A stretch of 64,000 bases of DNA from Octopus vulgaris. Taxonomy: Eukaryota. Of this stretch, positions 55,521-64,000 are shown piece after piece (the stretch's first letter is position 1; every line of letters starts with the position of its first letter). The notes beneath the pieces were generated by a model that was given only the letters and a program-made list of their open reading frames with translations, did not search any database and was not told the origin of the DNA. The stretch spans positions 8,618,001 through 8,682,000 of the forward strand of contig OX597835.1 in the NCBI GenBank assembly GCA_951406725.2, given 5' to 3'. The translations under genes and the position numbers were made by a program.

Positions 55521-56090
55521 CTGTCTGTTGTCTATCTATCTATCTGTCTGCCTATAAGTTTGGTTATCTATTTATCTATATCTTCAAAAAAGTATTTTCG
55601 TACATGCATATAAATTATACGCACACACACACTTACACACACGCACACACTTGCAAGCAGGCACACACACACCTACTCACACATACACATGCACATATAG
55701 ACACATCTATACATGCATATATACAAATACTTAATCACATATATATATTTGTACAGAGTGCGTGTGTACGACAGATGAAGAAAAATGATTCATTTTTTAC
55801 GAAGATCATTTAATTAGCGTCATTAAAATATTGGAGAACATTGCATTATCTCATAATAGAATGTCAATGAAGAATCCTTTTGTCTTGAAAAGAAAGCGAT
55901 AATTTCATTTGATGTAACCTCGTAAATACCAATAAAGCAGAAAAAATATATCTATGTGTGTCTATATATGTGTGTGTGTTCGTGTGTGTGTTTGTATTTA
56001 TTTATTTATGGGTTTGTGTGTGCATATATATGACTCTATGTATATACATATATAGATAAGCACACACAGACACACACATATATATATGTA

Positions 56091-56136
<46 letters not shown>

Positions 56137-56276
56137 AACCCAAATTACAATACAATAGAAACATTTCTAAAGGTAGTGTTTTATGGAGCTAAAATAATGA
56201 AAGAAAGAAGCAGCAAATTAACTTGGCATTTTCTTCGGTTTATCTGAATAGTATATTTTTTAATTTTTTTTATATT

Positions 56277-56320
56277 ATCTAGTTTCAGCTCACGAGCTGT
56301 AGCATTGCTGGGGCACCGCC

Positions 56321-56331
<11 letters not shown>
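56277..56331 (-). mobile_element. CR1-group LINE tail only (inverted relative to the neighbouring copy)
   Basis: Approximate reverse complement of 56614-56660. Confidence 0.65.
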
Positions 56332-56384
<53 letters not shown>

Positions 56385-56399
56385 CATTGATAATTTCTA

Positions 56400-56659
56400 T
56401 AATTTCTATAAGTTCTCCCGAAGAACCTGAGAGACCTGCATGGGGTGGATACAGATGTCTTTAAAATGAAGCTGGATCTCTTCCTGTCAGGTGTCCCAGA
56501 TGAACCAACTTCACGGCAGGAGGGGCAGATGAGGGCAGCTGCATCGAACTCTCTCATGCACCAAATAGCAGCTGCTAGAAAGCCTCCATGAAGTGAAACC
56601 AAGTAGCAACAAAAAATGGCGGTGCCCCAGCATGGCCACAGCTCATAAGCTGAAACTAG

Positions 56660-56690
<31 letters not shown>
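56400..56690 (+). mobile_element. CR1-group LINE 3' end with a (TCAA)n tail
   Basis: LPKNLRDLHGVDTDVFKMKLDLFLSGVPDEPTSRQEGQMRAAASNSLMHQ, then ggcggtgccccagcatggccacagctc..gctgaaac. Confidence 0.8.
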
Positions 56691-56693
<3 letters not shown>

Positions 56694-57758
56694 ATATATA
56701 TATATATGTATGTATGTGTATATATATATATATATGTGTACACATATATGTATGTATATATATATATGTATGTATATATATGTATATATATATATATGTA
56801 TATATATGTATATATATATATATATATATATGTATATGTGTGTATGTGTAGATATATAGATAGATATGTAGATTGATAGATACTTTAATATCGAACAGTG
56901 AAAACACCCCATTAGTGAATACATTTTCTTTATTCTTGGATTAACCAAACTAACAATGGTTTCATGTTGAGCGAGATCAACATCACAGATTTGAACGGTG
57001 TACCAAAAAAAGATATAACGGAAGAATAAGAAATACCTTTGAAATAAGATATAGGAAGAAACCGGCTTCGGTCGGAGACAAAGACAAACCCGAAATCCAT
57101 ATTCAATAAGGTTTAGACGGTGAAAGAAAGAAACGTGAACAGCACTGCGATTACCGGGCTCATTATTGTTACAGTCTAGAAATACCAGGGGTGGGGGAGA
57201 AGCAAATGGGGACAGTGCTGCACTAAATATTATTACGTGAAAAGCAAATTGTTTAAATATTGGGATTGAAACTTTCTCCCTCTGTAATTACAAGCAACAG
57301 TTCACACTACGATATTTCAAGCATGATCCATCACCTAAGGGATCTTAGTTTCTGGTCTTGAAGATGGTGAGTAGTCTCTAAATCGTTACATAGACAATTT
57401 CATGAATGTGGAAAAGATCGAAATTGTAAAACGTACAGCCCTATTTTAAGCATAATTTGTTGCTAAGGAATAGGTTGATATCGAACCTGCCTAGAATTGC
57501 GTCCACTTTAGCATACCGAAATGTTGGCCACCAACCTGGAAAAGTGTTTTTCTCTGAATGTCAACTATAAGGGCATGGCGCATATCCATTACATCACAAC
57601 AAATACACGAAACTCCCTGAGCTTACAGTGAGGCGAGTAATCCCGGGACGTAAGCTGGAGGTCAAAGTATGTGGCATATTTGTGAAATTCCACAATTATG
57701 TGCCAATATCTGAATAAGAACAAAATAAATAATGCAGATGCAGAGATGTGTGTGCCTG

Positions 57759-58297
<539 letters not shown>

Positions 58298-58323
58298 TAT
58301 TCATATATATATATATCTATCTA

Positions 58324-58366
<43 letters not shown>

Positions 58367-58825
58367 CCACCTGTCTAATTCTCTTATCCCTACATTTATC
58401 TCTATCTATCTACCGATCTGTCTCTCTTTCTCTCACTCTCTCTCTCATGCATGCAGATTTTTTGTGTGCCTGTGTGCATGTACGTATATGTATATATACC
58501 CTTCACTTTATTTGTAGAAAAATATTGCTAACAGATTATGTATTACTCGTATATTAAATATTCTCGAGGTATTTAAACCACTTGCTCGTAATTTTTAGTT
58601 CTCATAAAACCAAATAAAGTGGAAGGTAAGCGAGTCGTGTTATTTCTGCTAAACTCATACCGAAGTTTTATTTCTCTTCGGTAAAAAAAAAATAGAATAT
58701 ACATTCTGCTGTGGGTTTGAGGAAGTGCATTCATATATACACACACAAACACACACACGCACAGACACACACACACATATATATATATATAGGTATATAT
58801 ATATATGTATGTGCGCATATATACA

Positions 58826-58869
<44 letters not shown>

Positions 58870-58936
58870 TATATATATGCATGTATATAAATTGATAGAT
58901 ATAAATATATATATATATAGATAAATAGATAGATAA

Positions 58937-58991
<55 letters not shown>

Positions 58992-59774
58992 TCTACATGG
59001 AGAAACAGCCTGACAGGTTAAGAGCGGAGAGATAAATAGGATACATATACAAGTACATGCATGCGTTACGAGAGAGAGAGTTGCACAGAGAGAGAGTTGC
59101 ACAGAGAGAGAGAGGGGGCGTTTAGAGAGAGAGAGAGAGTGAGAGAGAGGGCTAGAGAGAGAAAAAGAAATTCACCGATGAAATACACCAATCGTCAATT
59201 CTAAGTACTTGTATAAGTCGTCAATAATATATTTCTATTGATGTATTTGATAAAATTTCTTTTATAACTCCATGTGGCTACCATATAGATTCTTAAGTGC
59301 ATTCTTGACTGTTCATTCTGAATTGAAATTGTTTTTGATTTAGAATCGAACTGGAAATTTGCTGAAACGAAAGAATATGGAATATAATTGTTTCCAAAGA
59401 ATCCGCCATGGATGCTTAAGAAATAATTGCATTCCAGTTGAAATGGAATTCGTTTGTGGTCTGTTAACTTATTCGCATCACTGAACCAGCATTCCAAAAG
59501 ATAATTCTCAGGTGTCTCCAAAAGATAATTCTCTACCTGTCTCTGAACACTTTGTGTTCAGAGACAGGTAGATTCGATTATTGTTTTCAAGTAGATGATA
59601 ACATATATCGAGGGCCAATTTTTCAGTATGCTAAAGCGGACGCAATTCTAGGCAAGTTCGATATCAACCTATTCCTTAGCAACAAAGTATACTTAAAATA
59701 GGGCTGTACGTTTTACAATTTCGATCTTTTCCACATTCACGAAATTGTCTATGTAACGGTTTAGAGACTACTCA

Positions 59775-60004
59775 GCGGCGAGCTGGCAGAAACGTTAGCA
59801 CGCCAGGCGAGATGCTTAGTGGTATTTCGTCTGCCGTTACGTTGTGAGTTCAAATTCCGCCGAGGTCGACTTTGCCTTTCATCCTATCGAGGTCGATAAT
59901 TCAAGTACCAGTTACGCACTGGGGTCGATGTAATCGACTTAATACCTATGTCTGTCCTTGTTTGTCCCCTCTATGTTTAGCCCCTTGTGGCTAATAAAGA
60001 AATA
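59775..60004 (+). mobile_element. SINE family C with a 17-bp TSD, inserted in the right TIR
   Basis: TSD ggtttagagactactca at 59758-59774 and 60005-60021; the empty site is seen in the left TIR. Confidence 0.93.
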
Positions 60005-60261
60005 GGTTTAGAGACTACTCATCATCTTGAAGACCAGAAACTAAGATCCCTTAAATAAGGTTCACAACGAACTAAATGAGGATCGTTGATCGCAAATGAC
60101 GTACATCGTCAGCAGTTTTCATGTGCAGACATCGACGTTTGGGTTTAGAAGACGAACATTGATATAAAGAACCTAACAGTAATCTTGTAGGCCTGGCAAC
60201 TGTCTTAGGTATCTCTTTCTTTCTCCTTGTCACAATATTCAAAGAACACACTCGTTATTAT

Positions 60262-60480
60262 TTACTCTTTACTCTTTTACTCTTTTACTTGTTTCAGTCA
60301 TTTGACTGTGGCCATGCTGGAGCACCGCCTTTAGTCGAGCAAATCGACCCCGGTACTTATTCTTTGTAAGCCCAGTACTTATTCTATCGGTCTCTTTTGC
60401 CGAACCGCTAAGTGACGGGTACGTAAACACACCAGCATCGGTTGTCAGTCAATGCTAGGGGGACAAACACAGACTCACAA

Positions 60481-60539
<59 letters not shown>

Positions 60540-60699
60540 TACGACAGGCTTCTATCAGTTTCCGTCTACCAAATCCACTCACAAGGCATTGGTCGGCCCG
60601 GGGCTATAGCAGAAGACATTTACCCAAGGTGCCACGCAGTGGGACTGAACCCAGAACCATGTTGTTGGTTAGCAAGCTACTTACCACATAGCCACTCCT
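60262..60699 (-). mobile_element. SINE family B
   Basis: Matches the other family B copies. Confidence 0.93.
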
Positions 60700-60940
60700 C
60701 ATTTTAATTAATATTCGATTTATTCAATTAAATATTCATTATCTGAATGTTCGTAGATGACACGATACATCTCACATTGGAGTGTGAAACACAACAAAAC
60801 TTAGCCAAAGAAACTGAAATAGAATTATTCATTATTTTTACTCATTCAAAAGTCAACAATCTTTTAAAGATCATTTATTACACACACACACATTCACTCC
60901 CACACACACATATATATATATTATATACATCCGTGGGTCT

Positions 60941-60975
<35 letters not shown>

Positions 60976-61086
60976 ATTTTTCGCTCAAAAGCAAATAGCA
61001 AGGCCATGTAGGGGGACATGGAGTTAAGTACAGGGTGGTGTTCATGTAAAGAGTTCAGGCCACTTGAGGTCAAGGGAGACTCGACC
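60941..61086 (-). mobile_element. LINE 3' end (CR1-like) with a (TAAC)n tail
   Basis: Minus strand ...LDLKWPELFT* then catggcc...gaaaa and a TAAC array. Confidence 0.5.
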
Positions 61087-61498
61087 AACTTATTTTCTTT
61101 GAGGTAAAATTAACGCTCTGATCTATTTTATATTTTCTAAACTCCGCACAAGCTGAGTAGAAACGGTTTGTTGTGCTTAATTCTTGAAGATTTACCTAGC
61201 AGCTTATAGTTAATCATGATCTCAACTCCATCGCTGCCAATAATTCACGGGGGAAATCCTGACTATTCATCTTCTATATCACAAATAAAAGAGTGTGCAA
61301 ACACAAAGTATGCACACACACACACACATGTTCACAAAGAGAGACACATTAATAAGCACAGAGGCACACATATCCAACACACTCACTCGAAATGAAAGAA
61401 AGTAATGAGAAATAGCTCAAGATGGCGATTGGGCAGGAATTTGAATAACAGACATAAATATCATACCTTAAACACCACATAGAGTGTATAATAAACAT

Positions 61499-61554
<56 letters not shown>

Positions 61555-61556
61555 CC

Positions 61557-61600
<44 letters not shown>

Positions 61601-61723
61601 TATATATATATATATATTTTGTATATATTATATATATATATATATACACAGTTAATATTTCTAACTTTCTGTCTATCTATTTATCTATCTGTCTGTTTAT
61701 ACATTTATCTATCTACCTTTCTC

Positions 61724-61785
<62 letters not shown>

Positions 61786-62427
61786 CGTATATAAATACAG
61801 ATACATTGACAGGTAGATAGATAAATGTACAAACAGACAGACATATAGATAAATAGATAGATAGAAAGTTAGATAGAAATATTAAATATCTACCTGTTAG
61901 TATGAATATGTAGGAGTAAGCATAAAAACGCATTGCTGTGTGTAGCCTATTAGATATGTATGTATGTGAGTGTATGCAAAGGTGTGTCAACGAAGATAGA
62001 TTCCATATCATAAAATGCATTAATCAGAATATGCTAACGCGAAAATTGACATCCAAATTTGGTCTCAGCCACAGATATCAGATGAAGTCTTGACTTTACT
62101 TATTTCAGCTAATTTTTCTCCCAGCCGAACTGCGACATCAGCGATAATCTATTTCTTGAATTTATGAGAAACAGACGGCAGAAATTAATTTGAATATCTG
62201 CAGCAAGATGACGACACTAGACTCAAAAGATGTGTAGATGTTTTATAAAGAAGCCGAGAAATGCTACGCGGGTTCTTTGCAGGAAGATTCAGACAACGAA
62301 TCATGAATTGTAGCGAGTTGCCAATAAGTTGCACGAATGTGCATAATTTGTTTCAGTGAGTATGGTAGGGTTGTCTTATTGAGGTTATTACAGTTATTCT
62401 AAGGCTGATGAAATTCCATTCTAAACG

Positions 62428-62492
<65 letters not shown>

Positions 62493-62495
<3 letters not shown>

Positions 62496-62830
62496 TAATA
62501 AAACATTAGGGAATAAATCCAAACTTACAGGGAAAAATCAGATTTAGGATTGAATCCAATTTCATAGTAAAATATTATATTTTATTAAATTAGAGATAAA
62601 ACCACTATTAGACAAATCAAACAATGAAAAACTTAAGCCAATACATAAAATTAATTAATTTATATTATTTTAAATATATATCAAAAGTATTAAAAGTTTA
62701 ATAAAATATAATCTTTTATTAAACTGTTAATACTTTTGATATATATTTAAAATAATATAAATTAATTAATTTTATGTATTGGCTTAAGTTTTTCATTGTT
62801 TGATTTGCCTAATAGTGGTTTTATCTCTAA

Positions 62831-62837
<7 letters not shown>
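62493..62837 (-). mobile_element. TA-embedded fold-back element, same family as 11731-12178
   Basis: Arms 62583-62706 / 62714-62837 plus a unique tail at 62493-62582; (TA)n on both sides. Confidence 0.75.
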
Positions 62838-62872
<35 letters not shown>

Positions 62873-63165
62873 CTTTGATAAAAAATTTTCTATCGTCTTG
62901 ACTTAACAGCCCACACCGTTTGTTTTTACAGCCTTTTTCTCACTGTCTTGTTCTTGTTACCAATTATACCCTCCGCAAAATATCCCAAATTTTATTTAAC
63001 ATGCTTTTATTTAATTACGAAGTCACGTATTGTCCTTGCGTTCGCAACGCAGAGTATTTTGAAACAGGGACAACTGATGAAGGGGAATATTCTTTATTTT
63101 GAATGTCTCGTTTCTCTGTTCGTTGTCTGAAAAGATGGTTGGTTTTCTATGCCTATGTGTTTTAT

Positions 63166-64000
63166 GTTTTGGAACTGGCAGAGAAAAGGAAATGCTCTAA
63201 CACTGCTATAAAGAAGCATCTTCACTCGATGGGAAAGGTTCAGAAGAATGGAGCATAAGTTCCGCATGCTTTAAGTGAAAACAACAAAAATCAACGAGCC
63301 ACAATCTGTTGCTGGTCTGTTTGCTCGTCACTGCTCAACTAATGGACACAAGCAACGAATTATTTACCGAATCGTTACTGGCGACGAAAAATGGTGCTTG
63401 TACATCAATATGAAGCAGCGTAAGGAATGGCTTAGCCCCGGTATACAAGCGACAACGCGTGTGAAACAATATCTTCATCCGCTTAAAACGATGCTGTGCA
63501 TATTGGGACTGGGAAGGGATTATCCATTATGAATTGTTTGAAAGGAAGCAAACGGTTAACGCAGAACTCAATGTTCAACAGATGGAACTACTCAACACGG
63601 CTATTCAAGAGAAAAGACCTAATCGGCAGCATGGAATTCTTCTGATGCACGACAACGCCCGCCCTCATATCGCCAATACGACCAAGGAAACCATTCAAAC
63701 GCATCGTTGGGAAGTGCTGCCACATCCGCTGTACTCTCTTGATTTGGCACCAACGGATTTCCACCTCTTTCGATCTCTTTCAAATGCTATGCGCGGAGTT
63801 TTGCTCAATACTGGTGCAGAATTGAGAGCTTGGTTGGATCAATTTTTCGAGTCAAAATCGAGTGATTTCTACCAACGAGGTATTGAAAATCTTGTTGAAT
63901 ATTGGGAAGAAGTTGTAAACAACCAGGGTGATTACATTATTCATTAATTAGTTGTCATTTTTTATTAAACATTTAAAAAAAATTTAAATTAAAGAAAATA
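63166..64000 (+). mobile_element. 5'-truncated decayed mariner transposon
   Basis: ELAEK...HLHSMGKVQKNGA*VPHALSE, IVTGDEKWCLY, HDNARPH, YSLDLAPTDFHLFRSL; frameshifts; stop at 63945-63947. Confidence 0.92.

Noticed and set aside
63068-63130. CTGATGAAGG half-core in a TA-adjacent repeat
   Set aside because: No matching GAAA-NUH half before the mariner fragment.

Overview
This is AT-rich, microsatellite-dense animal genomic DNA. The SINE families and repeat landscape suggest an octopus or other coleoid cephalopod (inference). The only recognisable host gene is the 3' end of an ERGIC1 (ERGIC-32) homologue on the + strand: three clear exons at 10737-10837, 12899-13018 and 15203-15310, plus a candidate upstream exon. 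The rest is mostly repeats: three tRNA-type SINE families (about 20 copies), three decayed mariner elements, a non-autonomous Helitron, MITEs, CR1-group, RTE, L1-like and RLE (R4/Dong-like) LINE fragments, Penelope-like (PLE) RT and GIY-YIG remnants, a 2.7-kb element with about 190-bp TIRs, and an old local tandem duplication. The most striking signal is a set of short elements of several sequence types, nearly all embedded in or next to (TA)n tracts and several forming long fold-back hairpins. Most carry a type I hammerhead-ribozyme-like motif (CUGANGA...GAAA-N...NUH). Two of these motifs lie in sense orientation in an ERGIC1 intron. Almost all ORFs in the supplied track are microsatellite or SINE artefacts. 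All analysis was by eye; no searches or folding programs were run.
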